A DNA stretch of 64,000 bases. Source: an uncultured Pseudobdellovibrionaceae bacterium (GTDB taxonomy: Bacteria; Bdellovibrionota; Bdellovibrionia; Bdellovibrionales; UBA1609). The notes under the pieces were generated by a model. The model was not told where the DNA came from and did not search any database. It saw nothing but the letters and a program-made list of their open reading frames with translations. The stretch covers positions 74,218 to 138,217 of the forward strand of contig CAZCYD010000002.1 in NCBI GenBank assembly GCA_964502735.1, read 5' to 3'. A program made the translations under genes and the position numbers. This document shows positions 28,401 to 37,241 of this stretch, one piece after another (the first letter of the stretch is position 1; each line of letters starts with the position of its first letter).

Positions 28401-29774
28401 TCACGGGGATGTGAGGTCTCTCCAAAATCGATTACTATGGACCGAATTCTCAGATCGGGAATCAAACAACTGATTCCATAGTGGCCAATTGAAAAAAGTC
28501 ACTATGTTACCAGTTCCCATCCAATGTCCACCGGCGACATAAATCCTAATAAAGGCATTGGCAATCTGAACCTCAGAAGGGCTCAAGTCATAAAGGCCGG
28601 CGAGAATCTGAGCGTGGTGGGCCCATTGCCCGTGCAGCTCACCAAATTCACTTCGCTCCACCGGAATCTGCCCGCTAGCAATAGCAGACATAATATCTTC
28701 CATTTTCACCCGCCCCTGAAAGTTGACTTCTGCTTGCCAATCAAATCGTGCCAACTCCTCTTTAACATTCTGTTCACCGGATAAAATAACGGACCTTGCC
28801 TTTTCTTGATTTTCTCGCTTTTTCATTGAAGCAAAGAACTTGGCGGTAACCCTTCTGAGTACTTCAGGAGGGATTTTTTCTTTTTCGCCTAATCTGTTGA
28901 TAAATACGGGGCTAAGTCTGTCAAATCCGTCTCTGTGTACATCGAACAGAAGTTCTTCCGCTATTTTATAGTCGTTCGTTAGAGCAAACTCCAAAGCGAT
29001 TTCTTTGCTAATCTGTATCGGTCCCTTGATCTCCATGTTGTTAGTCTTCTCAAAAATAAATCCAACTGCCTCGATTAATGCATCTTCCTGTAAAAGGCTT
29101 ACAATGTCCTTCCCGCCACTTATATTCTGAAAATTTCTCACATACAAAGAAACCCAATCTGATCTTTGCTGCGATCGGAACTCCTGCAAAAGCGTATGAA
29201 TCTTTCGGTCCGAAGATCGAACTCTCAACACCATTTTTGTTTGAACATTTGGATTAGGATTCTTGCTAACAAAACTCATGGCGGCCCAACGTAGGAGACG
29301 CGTACGATCTTTAATGGCACTCCCAGATGCGATTGAGAATGCGCTCCTGAGGTTTGGGCGCGACCAGTGATGTTTTAGAGAATCTGTAAGAAGGGAGTGG
29401 TCAGATATTTGGTAAAGTTTGCTTCCCAGCAAAACTCTCTTTGCCATTTTTATTTCAACTTCAATAGCTTTGTCGCCGATCTGAATCGCGCTTAGTCCGG
29501 AATTGTCAACCGATTGCACATGGGTAAAATGAATTTGATCTTGGAAACTAAGGCCATCGGACATCACGAGCGCGCCGTTCTCAAGTTTGGCAAAATACTC
29601 TTCAAACCAGTACGTTTGTTGCGTATCTAAGATCGCAGCACAACGGGTTCCTGCCTGCGCCAATTCCAACAAAAAAAGCATTGCGACTGTTAACAAAGGT
29701 GACAGTGTTAGGCCTATCCTTGTAGTTTTCATAAGCTTGGTCACTATAAACTCACTCTGCATCAACCGTGCCAC
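28401..29774 (-). CDS. Hypothetical exported protein (457 aa ORFan)
   Basis: Long ORF with an N-terminal hydrophobic signal/anchor (LLTVAMLFLLELAQA). No motif recognised. Confidence 0.55.
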   Translation of the reverse strand: MARLMQSEFIVTKLMKTTRIGLTLSPLLTVAMLFLLELAQAGTRCAAILDTQQTYWFEEYFAKLENGALVMSDGLSFQDQIHFTHVQSVDNSGLSAIQIGDKAIEVEIKMAKRVLLGSKLYQISDHSLLTDSLKHHWSRPNLRSAFSIASGSAIKDRTRLLRWAAMSFVSKNPNPNVQTKMVLRVRSSDRKIHTLLQEFRSQQRSDWVSLYVRNFQNISGGKDIVSLLQEDALIEAVGFIFEKTNNMEIKGPIQISKEIALEFALTNDYKIAEELLFDVHRDGFDRLSPVFINRLGEKEKIPPEVLRRVTAKFFASMKKRENQEKARSVILSGEQNVKEELARFDWQAEVNFQGRVKMEDIMSAIASGQIPVERSEFGELHGQWAHHAQILAGLYDLSPSEVQIANAFIRIYVAGGHWMGTGNIVTFFNWPLWNQLFDSRSENSVHSNRFWRDLTSP

Positions 29775-29945
29775 AGATTCTTGTTTAATACGAATACCTG
29801 TACATAAGACTTTTTTGAACCTTTCTTATTTTTCACGATTCTCTCGTCCTATTGGAGGTAAATCGTTCACTAAAATTTGTCCAGTACTTTTAGGGAAGTC
29901 GAATTTATGAATGATATTTACAAGAAGTATTGAAATCCTCTTTAA

Positions 29946-30183
29946 AATTATTTTATACCAATAGTGAAATTAATGGAAAAGGTTCGTATTAATGGGAAAA
30001 TAAAAAAGTTTGATGAACCGAAAACACCATTTGAAAGAGTTCCAAACTCAAACAAAATAACTGCAGAGTAGAGGGAAAGGTTAATACAAAAAAGAAAAAA
30101 CTAAATCCATTTAAACTAAGAATGGGTTTGAAATAAAACTAAAAAAATTAAAATAGAAGCCAACAAGTTAAACAATTAATTTA
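29946..30183 (+). pseudogene. Decayed 3' fragment of a DDE transposase/integrase gene
   Basis: A single frame reads YFIPIVKLMEKVRINGKIKKFDEPKTPFERVPNSNKITAE*RERLIQKRKKLNPFKLRMGLK*N*KN*. It resembles the conserved C-terminal tail (..KL..K.R.G....K.YD.P.TPYERL....I..E.K..L......LNP..L) that I recall from integrase-core transposases. It is interrupted by several stops. Confidence 0.4.
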
Positions 30184-30331
30184 AGGCTTCATAGCTAATT
30201 ATTTCAGTTACATTTTTAAATGAGTCAACACGGTAATCCTGGCCTAAAGATTGCTCCGAATTTGGTCGGAATTAATGAGTTTTATGTGAGATCAATGGTA
30301 GCCCTATTTAAATTTGATCTTTGGAGACGAG

Positions 30332-30463
30332 ATGAAGACATTTTTTGTCACTTTGACATTCGTTACTTTGATTAGCAATGTTTTAAATACAGTTCATGCT
30401 GGAGAGAGGAATCCTTTTTCTAAAAATCGAGGGGTATTACAGTGGTTTTATGATCAAATATGA
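30332..30463 (+). CDS. 43-codon ORF encoding a signal peptide, in frame with 30578..32338 across a TGA
   Basis: GGAG at 30322-30325. The product is MKTFFVTLTFVTLISNVLNTVHA/GERNPFSKNRGVLQWFYDQI, with stop TGA at 30461-30463. The same frame stays open from 30464 into the 586-aa ORF. Confidence 0.45.
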   Translation: MKTFFVTLTFVTLISNVLNTVHAGERNPFSKNRGVLQWFYDQI

Positions 30464-30577
30464 TTTGATTCTCCAAAATCAAGAAAGCAATCCTGCCAGA
30501 ACTTATTAACTCTTTTATCTAGGGAAAATACGGAAGATATACCATTTGATTCTGGGGGAAAGGGGCTCTCTGATGCA

Positions 30578-32338
30578 TTGAGAGACATTCGACTACTAAT
30601 TTTAACCACTCCAGAAAGTCTATTTAATGAAGCCTGGGGGCCCATTAATAAAAAACATTTTAAAACTATTATACAAAAAATTGAGTTTGGCGAAATTGAA
30701 GCTACAGAATTGCAAAAAAATAGACTGTACGCATTTAATGAACTGTTAGATTCTAAAGCCAACAGTGCATTTTGGTCTAACGAGAGTAATCCGTGGACTG
30801 TTCTTATGTCAAATAATGTAGATCTTCATGGGCCTGGTCACCTCAACAATATTGGTGGCGTCATAGGAGGGACAGACACCTATGCTCTTAAAGAGTTAGA
30901 AAGAGATCTTGTGGCTTCGGCTCTAAATAAACAGCCTTATAGAGTAACAAGAGGCACATGGTACCAACGTCTAAATCATCCTTATTTCAAGGTTAAAAAA
31001 ATTATTCAATATTTTGATCAAATTCGTCTTGGCTTCGAATACATTGATGCCTTATTGATAATTCTTCGACATTACGGTGCGGAATTTCGTGAACTAAAGA
31101 CACTCCCTGAAGAATTAGCTGTTCTTCAGAAAATTCAGAGTGAAGTGTTGGAATTAAGAAAAAAAATTCGCCAAGAAACAACTGAAATACTTGGAGGTCA
31201 GGATATCTTTACCGGGGGCTGGCATCAGCATGAAGGTTTAGATATTTATAAGATTGCAAAGCAAATTGATATTAAAAAAGCTCTTCAGGGTACTCAGCGT
31301 ACAGATTTTATGGTTCAAGCAGAAACTATGGTGGAGCACCTGATTCAGCTTCGAGATCGGATACGGTTAAGAAGTGGACTCACTCCCAAACCTTTGGGTG
31401 ATTATTTGCCGGAGACACTCCGAATTCTTCATCATGCGCATAGGGCAAGTTCGACCATTTTAGTTGAGCAGCGCATGGATCTCATGAAAGAGAAGGTTAA
31501 AGGTCTTAAAGTAAGAGTGACTTATGACTACACTGAAACGACTGTTGTTACGAGAACGGATGCCAATGGGAAAACACATTTAACAACGAAAACAGAGGTC
31601 AAAAGCGATACAGATGCAGTAGAACTAAGTTATCATGACGTTTTAGTTGATCGTTTGGACAGATTTTCGAGAGGGCGTACTTTTAGTAGTCAACGTTCGT
31701 TCTCTTCAACTATCACTAAGGTTGAAGGTAAAGAAAGGGTTTTAAATGACAGTTTGAAGGCATTTGGATTAGAGAGACAATTAAATAAAACCGAAGAGAT
31801 TAGTCAGCTGTATAGGGAGCTCCTACAGGAACACTCCAGAATTCTTTTGGAAAATGACAGTCAAAGAGTCCAAAACCAATTATTACAGATAAATGAAGAA
31901 CTTGAAGAGTTAAAAAATCTTTTCGCGCAAATTAGGGACCAAAAAGCTATTTCAACAAGTGCAAATGCTGAACATATAATTCTTTCTCAGTGGGAGCATG
32001 ATGATCCCAAGCACTTTAAAAAAAGAATGCAAGCCCTCGAAGAAGCGCAAAATGAATTGTATTTACTTGTCGATGTTTATCAACAACAACTTAGGAAAAA
32101 AGATCCGCAATTAGTTATTCAAGCTGCCCGATTGGATCATACTCAAGCCATGAGCCGAATGCGCTTTAATGCAGGAACCTATTATATGGCAAGAGGTGGG
32201 CTAGTTGGAGGAGCTGGATATTCATTTTATAGTTTTTATGATGAAATTGAAAATCAAGCAGCTCGAGTGAACTCCTATATGGTTGATAGTGGCATTGATT
32301 TCCAGGCGATGTTTAATGCAATAATGAGTTTATTTTAG
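30578..32338 (+). CDS. Hypothetical coiled-coil-rich protein (586 aa as called; probably the body of a 5'-interrupted secreted-protein gene)
   Basis: Long ORF with a TTG track start. The upstream 114 nt are open and look like coding sequence. The Gly-rich C-terminus reads GGLVGGAGYSFYSFY. Confidence 0.6.
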   Translation: MRDIRLLILTTPESLFNEAWGPINKKHFKTIIQKIEFGEIEATELQKNRLYAFNELLDSKANSAFWSNESNPWTVLMSNNVDLHGPGHLNNIGGVIGGTDTYALKELERDLVASALNKQPYRVTRGTWYQRLNHPYFKVKKIIQYFDQIRLGFEYIDALLIILRHYGAEFRELKTLPEELAVLQKIQSEVLELRKKIRQETTEILGGQDIFTGGWHQHEGLDIYKIAKQIDIKKALQGTQRTDFMVQAETMVEHLIQLRDRIRLRSGLTPKPLGDYLPETLRILHHAHRASSTILVEQRMDLMKEKVKGLKVRVTYDYTETTVVTRTDANGKTHLTTKTEVKSDTDAVELSYHDVLVDRLDRFSRGRTFSSQRSFSSTITKVEGKERVLNDSLKAFGLERQLNKTEEISQLYRELLQEHSRILLENDSQRVQNQLLQINEELEELKNLFAQIRDQKAISTSANAEHIILSQWEHDDPKHFKKRMQALEEAQNELYLLVDVYQQQLRKKDPQLVIQAARLDHTQAMSRMRFNAGTYYMARGGLVGGAGYSFYSFYDEIENQAARVNSYMVDSGIDFQAMFNAIMSLF

Positions 32339-32437
32339 ATTTAATATTCTAAAACTTTCATTTACTTTCTACCCAATACTTTTGTCAGATAGGGGCTGCG
32401 AGTTTAAAAAGGTCGGCATATGCTTGAATATTTTTAG

Positions 32438-33838
32438 TCATTCAGATGATAAGGCCTTTTCTCTGAACCTGACTTCTTCAAGCTCTTTTTCAGCTAAATA
32501 GAGAACTTTGTTTAGCCCTACACCTGTTGTGAGGTTCCACGGTAACCACTGCAAAAAGGAATTAAATTTTGCAAAAGACTGATGAAGATAGGTGTCATTT
32601 ATTTTTGTCCACTCTAGGGTGTCTGTAATTGCAAACTCTAGAAAATCTGATGTTTTGAGAGGTTTTATGGAGTTTCCCATTATTTGGTAAAAACCATCAT
32701 CGTAGACACCACTTTCGACATCCCTTTTAAAGCGAGCGAATAACTTATTTATTTGAGGGCTTTCATTTAAGTAAAGGTAAAGGTTGTGAGAGGCTTCTGG
32801 AATAAATAGGACTTTAATTTTTCCACCTTGTGAGATTCGTGATTTTATCATTTCATAGGTCATCAGTCTGGGTATGATTCCCTCATGCTGCCCAGGAACT
32901 ACCAGCAGAACCTCGGTTTCAGTTGAGACGCCGATAATTTCTTGTGTACCATCGAAATCTGTAAGCCCAATTGTTAAGGATGTGGCTGCGTCAAGGCGCC
33001 ATTCTTCACTGCGGCTGTGAATAATGCCAGCTAAGGAATCTTTAATGTCTCCAGCTATCATGTGACCAAGGATTTCTTTTGAGCTTTGGTTTAAATACAG
33101 GCGTTGGCTCAGGTCAGGGTATAAAAAGCGAAACCAAGTCATGACGCCGGGATCAAAAAGCGTAAGCATTTTAGGTTGTTGCTCCATTTTTTTAGAAATG
33201 GCATTAGCAATTTTTCCCCCGTAAGATTTTCCGAAAACCTCTAAACGGAGACTTCCCTTTTCGATGTCGCTTTTTAGATTCCATGAACGAAGCGTTTGAT
33301 CGATAACTTCAGCAGCTAATTGGATATTGTCCTCAATTGGAATTGCAGCGATTTGTCCTAAAGTGCTCTCGCCAAAATTGTGTTTGTTGTGCAGATAGGT
33401 TTTGCCTTGACCCAAGAGCTCGACAGAAACAACTGTGGTATTGGGATCCTTAAGTATTGGTGTTAAAAAGCCATTGATTGTTTTGGCGTAGGAGTCAATC
33501 CTTTCGAGGTCTGTCATCAAGCCGCCAAAGATGTAGAGGATTCGCTGGGGTTTTCTAAGGCTTGTTTGCGGGTTTAATCCATAAATCTTAAACCGAATTT
33601 TTACGTTTTTTTCAGGATAGAAATTTTCTAAAGTTATCCACTTGGCAGAATTAGGTGGAGATTTTTTGCCAAGAACTGAAGTTTTTAGGGCTTCGCTACA
33701 TTTGTTAATAATTTTTTTTATGGTCTGTGGCATTGGCGGTGGAGCTGCATGAGAATGAGTCAATCCTGTCAATCCCACAAGAGAGTAAAAAAATATAAAT
33801 AGCAAAGCAAACCTAAGGCTTAGTTTTGTATGAAACAA
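32438..33838 (-). CDS. Exported alpha/beta-hydrolase-like protein (putative lipase/esterase)
   Basis: Signal peptide, the nucleophile-elbow-like FGKSYGG (G-x-S-x-G), and a late His in PEASHNL. Length 466 aa. Confidence 0.45.
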   Translation of the reverse strand: MFHTKLSLRFALLFIFFYSLVGLTGLTHSHAAPPPMPQTIKKIINKCSEALKTSVLGKKSPPNSAKWITLENFYPEKNVKIRFKIYGLNPQTSLRKPQRILYIFGGLMTDLERIDSYAKTINGFLTPILKDPNTTVVSVELLGQGKTYLHNKHNFGESTLGQIAAIPIEDNIQLAAEVIDQTLRSWNLKSDIEKGSLRLEVFGKSYGGKIANAISKKMEQQPKMLTLFDPGVMTWFRFLYPDLSQRLYLNQSSKEILGHMIAGDIKDSLAGIIHSRSEEWRLDAATSLTIGLTDFDGTQEIIGVSTETEVLLVVPGQHEGIIPRLMTYEMIKSRISQGGKIKVLFIPEASHNLYLYLNESPQINKLFARFKRDVESGVYDDGFYQIMGNSIKPLKTSDFLEFAITDTLEWTKINDTYLHQSFAKFNSFLQWLPWNLTTGVGLNKVLYLAEKELEEVRFREKALSSE

Positions 33839-33933
33839 TGCTATAATCCCCTTTAGCCGACTTTATGGCTTTTTTTTTGTTTGATGTCATTTGGTAAATT
33901 TACAAAAATTTGTTAATAACGTGAGAAGTTTGT

Positions 33934-35025
33934 TTATTTGAGATCAACTAGGCTGATACCAATCGATTGTGAGTAGTTGGTAAAATTTTTAGCCTGATCG
34001 TAGGCGGAACTCAAACGTAGGGGGCCCATTCTTAGTTCCACACCCATAGTGAAGTGGAGTCTTGGCTCTGTGTAGTTGAGTCTGGAGGGCTCTTGGTAGC
34101 CTCCTCCTCTCCAGATAAATTCAATATTCTTCTTGTTGAGAACAAAAAACTCAAATCCACCGTGCCAAATGATGTGATTCTTATGTAAGAGCTCCTGTGA
34201 GGAGTTATTTATGTCGCTACCAATTAAAAACACGTTTTGTTGTTTAGAGTAGTGGTCAATATCTCCAACAAGGATTAGGTTTTGGTTCAACTTGAAAGAA
34301 AAGCCCATGCTTAATTTGTCTGCAATAGACATGTTTTGAAACCAGCTTCCAAATTCATTTTGGATTTCTGCATTTAAGTTAGAATTAATTTTGTATTCAC
34401 GCCCAGCTCGGTAGGTAATGCCAAACTTCCATCGATTATCCGGCCTAAATAATACACCGAAGGTTGTGGACAGCTGGCTATCAGAATCTTCTAAAAGGGG
34501 TAAAGCTGCGGATGAGGCCCCCATTGTGGCGGTTTCACTGTGCAGAGTGAAACCCAAGGAAAGGTTTTTCCACATTAAAAATGACAAGCTAACATCTAGG
34601 CTCTCAATTTTTGCTGAATACTTTGTAGCTCCACCAGGAAGTGAATGATGCAGTTGAAAAGGGGTTGTGTATCCTAGCCCCAAACCTAATCTGCCAAAGT
34701 TAATTCCGGCTGTGACATAGTTGAATATGTAGGGGATTCCATCTGGATTCCCATCAAAATTTATGTCTCCTTCTCTATTAATGACCCGATTGGTGGAACT
34801 TTGCATATCAAAGCTCCATCGCGACATTGAAACTCCTGCTGGATTTAATAAAACAGCACTGGCATCATCGGCTAGGCCCACAAAGGCCCCTCCCATGCCT
34901 AGGAGTCTTGTAGACCCTGTGGTGTGGAGCCCATAAACTCCGTAGGAGGGGGAACTGGCAAAGGAAGTTGTAGTGAAAAGCCACAAGGCCAGAAAAGTTA
35001 AGGTTTTTACAAGATGTGATGACAT
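33934..35025 (-). CDS. FadL/OmpP1/TodX-family outer-membrane hydrophobic-compound transporter
   Basis: Signal peptide, the N-terminal hatch motif LGMGGAFVGLADDASAVLLNPAG, and beta-strand periodicity. Length 363 aa. Confidence 0.65.
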   Translation of the reverse strand: MSSHLVKTLTFLALWLFTTTSFASSPSYGVYGLHTTGSTRLLGMGGAFVGLADDASAVLLNPAGVSMSRWSFDMQSSTNRVINREGDINFDGNPDGIPYIFNYVTAGINFGRLGLGLGYTTPFQLHHSLPGGATKYSAKIESLDVSLSFLMWKNLSLGFTLHSETATMGASSAALPLLEDSDSQLSTTFGVLFRPDNRWKFGITYRAGREYKINSNLNAEIQNEFGSWFQNMSIADKLSMGFSFKLNQNLILVGDIDHYSKQQNVFLIGSDINNSSQELLHKNHIIWHGGFEFFVLNKKNIEFIWRGGGYQEPSRLNYTEPRLHFTMGVELRMGPLRLSSAYDQAKNFTNYSQSIGISLVDLK

Positions 35026-35054
35026 AATTACTACGCAGTCAAATAATAGGATTC

Positions 35055-35600
35055 ATGAAGAATTTTATATTTATATTAGGTTTTTGGCTCTTTAATTCTG
35101 AGACAAGCTTGGCCAACGTCCAACTCTCTGTCGAGCCTTATATTGGCTATAGTAAAATGAGTATAAAACAAGATAACTTTTCCGACAGCCAAATGGCTTC
35201 AGTTTTAGGCGGAAAGGGTGGCTTTTCTTTAGGTAAATGGGCTTTCTATCTAGACTTTCATTTTGGTGGCCCTTATTTGTTTGAAGATAACAATAATGAC
35301 TACACTCACTACATGTGGGGTGCTGGAGTTAATTATTCATGGAAAAAAATTAGAACCTATGCAGGGTATTATTTTAGAAATACATTAGAAGATGTCGAAA
35401 GAAATATCAAATACACTGGGAGTGGGATAAAAGTATCTTTTGGACTAACCTTTGAGTCAAGGCTATCTATTAATTTGGAGTTTATTAAACAAACCTTTAA
35501 TCAGCTCGATGCCAGCCAATTGAATACGAGCACTGCAAACCTCTTTGAATTAGAGTCTACGGTTGCATTTTTTACTATTAGTGCCCCCATATCTCGTTAA
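35055..35600 (+). CDS. Small outer-membrane beta-barrel protein (hypothetical)
   Basis: Signal peptide and alternating aromatic/Gly strands (YIGYS, GGKGGFSLG, GAGVNYSW). Length 181 aa. Confidence 0.45.
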   Translation: MKNFIFILGFWLFNSETSLANVQLSVEPYIGYSKMSIKQDNFSDSQMASVLGGKGGFSLGKWAFYLDFHFGGPYLFEDNNNDYTHYMWGAGVNYSWKKIRTYAGYYFRNTLEDVERNIKYTGSGIKVSFGLTFESRLSINLEFIKQTFNQLDASQLNTSTANLFELESTVAFFTISAPISR

Positions 35601-35628
35601 ATGAGAATATCAATTTTTGGAATTCACA

Positions 35629-37035
35629 TTATTTTTTAATTCTAAAACTATCTTTAAAGAAAGGTTTGGAAGATTTTGGTCCTAAAGATTGAACGTTCAC
35701 GCTCCAGTTGTTTTCACTGTCAATGCTGCTTTCAACAAATAAAAAGTTATAATCTTTAATGGCATGGATTCTTCTTGGATTTTCAAAAAATTCATCTTGT
35801 TCTTCATTGGCTCTAAAGATAAATGCGTGCATGGGGCTTGAAGTGAATTCATAAGTTTCGTAACCCAAGAGTTCAGATTCTAATTTTAGGACTTCAGAAA
35901 AGTGAATATCTCCTGATAGAAAGGCCACGGGAGAAGGTGACGCCTTCAAATCGTTAACAAACTTTTTATGGTTTTTTTCGTAGTCGTTCATGAATGATTC
36001 GTTGATCTGACGACCATCTTTTAGTTTAAAAGGAGGAGAAAAGAATTGTCCACCACTGGCTACCCATGTTGGCATCGGGCTTTCATTTAGCTTTGAAATC
36101 GCCCAGGTGTGCTGCTCCTTTCCAAAAAATCCGAAAGCATCTTTTGATGCACGATTTGATCCACGAACTAGAGGCTCCCGAAAAAATCGGTTGTCAAGAA
36201 AAAGGAAGCGCTGGCCAAAGCCCCGGAACTGAAAATAGATATTATCTTTGTGAAATTCTACAACACTTTTGATAGATGGAGATCCGTAAAAAGCCATAAA
36301 GGCATTTTTAGCATGCCATTTACTGCTAAAGTTTTTATCCGAGTTATTTAATCCGTAGTCGTGGTCATCCCATGTCGCAAGCACAGGAACTAATTTTCTT
36401 TGATTGTAAAGAGGCACAGTGCGAATTGTTGAAACGTATCTTAACCATATATCTTGGGCAGTTACTTTTTTGGGGTTTATAAAATCTAAATTGTCCACAT
36501 ATACGTTATCTCCTAAGAGCAGAATGAGGTCAGGATTAAGTTTGTTAACTTGCTGCCAAATTTTATTTCTAACGTGTCCAAAGTTGTGATGATCTGACAT
36601 GCAGGAAGCCACTACAAATTGTAGGTTTCTGCGATCGAGGTTAAATGTAGAAAACTGTCGAGTTTCCACAACTCTTTTGTAGCGTTCATCGTGGATGATC
36701 AGATTGTACATTATATGAGGGTTGAGGTCTGAAATATGAAGTTTATCGACGATCCAGTGCTGCGAAGGATCAAGTCGTACAGTCTTATAAACAGTGACCT
36801 CTCCGACGAGTTCTCCTTGAGATTCCACTTGGTATTTATACTGAGCGTGCCTACCTCTAAGGATATTAATATAAGTTTCAGTTTCGCTTGTTCCAACTTG
36901 AATGACTGATACGGCACCGGTTTTGGGATTAATGTCAGGCAGCGTTTTATTCGATTTTGAAGTGCAAGCCACATTACTTATCGTTAGAGAACTTAAAAGT
37001 GGGGTCAGAAGTAGAATGAATATAAGCTTTTTCAT
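35629..37035 (-). CDS. PhoD-like alkaline phosphatase/phosphodiesterase lipoprotein
   Basis: Metallophosphatase motifs LLLGDNVYVD and ATWDDHDYGLNN, and SGDIHFSE. N-terminal lipobox-like ISNVAC. Confidence 0.8.
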   Translation of the reverse strand: MKKLIFILLLTPLLSSLTISNVACTSKSNKTLPDINPKTGAVSVIQVGTSETETYINILRGRHAQYKYQVESQGELVGEVTVYKTVRLDPSQHWIVDKLHISDLNPHIMYNLIIHDERYKRVVETRQFSTFNLDRRNLQFVVASCMSDHHNFGHVRNKIWQQVNKLNPDLILLLGDNVYVDNLDFINPKKVTAQDIWLRYVSTIRTVPLYNQRKLVPVLATWDDHDYGLNNSDKNFSSKWHAKNAFMAFYGSPSIKSVVEFHKDNIYFQFRGFGQRFLFLDNRFFREPLVRGSNRASKDAFGFFGKEQHTWAISKLNESPMPTWVASGGQFFSPPFKLKDGRQINESFMNDYEKNHKKFVNDLKASPSPVAFLSGDIHFSEVLKLESELLGYETYEFTSSPMHAFIFRANEEQDEFFENPRRIHAIKDYNFLFVESSIDSENNWSVNVQSLGPKSSKPFFKDSFRIKK

Positions 37036-37115
37036 AATGGACTCTCTTTTGTTAAATCGAAATATAATTTATAGCGAAAGTCTAAGTTTTTGTCCAATTT
37101 TGGGGTTAGATGTTA

Positions 37116-37156
37116 TTACCCAAATCTTGACGCATTTTATACGCAGATTTGGGTAA
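37116..37156. repeat. REP-like palindromic element (archetype): 12-bp perfect stem, 17-nt loop
   Basis: TTACCCAAATCT (37116-37127) pairs perfectly with AGATTTGGGTAA (37145-37156). The loop is TGACGCATTTTATACGC. Related copies lie at 40428, 51021-51188, 57828 and 11473. Confidence 0.85.
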
Positions 37157-37241
37157 TACAATAGGATAAATAAGGTGAGAAAATCTTAAACATAACTTTT
37201 TTGGCTAAATTTTTATAAATTATTGTGTATAGTTGTTAAAG

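Noticed and set aside
30461-30463. The in-frame TGA as selenocysteine, or as evidence for a TGA-reassigned genetic code
   Set aside because: TGA clearly terminates other genes here, for example 24082..25194 (ATGA overlap with the next gene) and the rhomboid gene at 37881-37883. The sequence just downstream offers only a 5-bp A/T stem, not a bacterial SECIS-like hairpin. No sel genes are visible.
33855-33879. AGCC-GACTTTAT-GGCT followed by T8 as an intrinsic terminator
   Set aside because: The stem is only 4 bp, and the T-run is on the plus strand while both neighbouring genes are on the minus strand. This is probably fortuitous.
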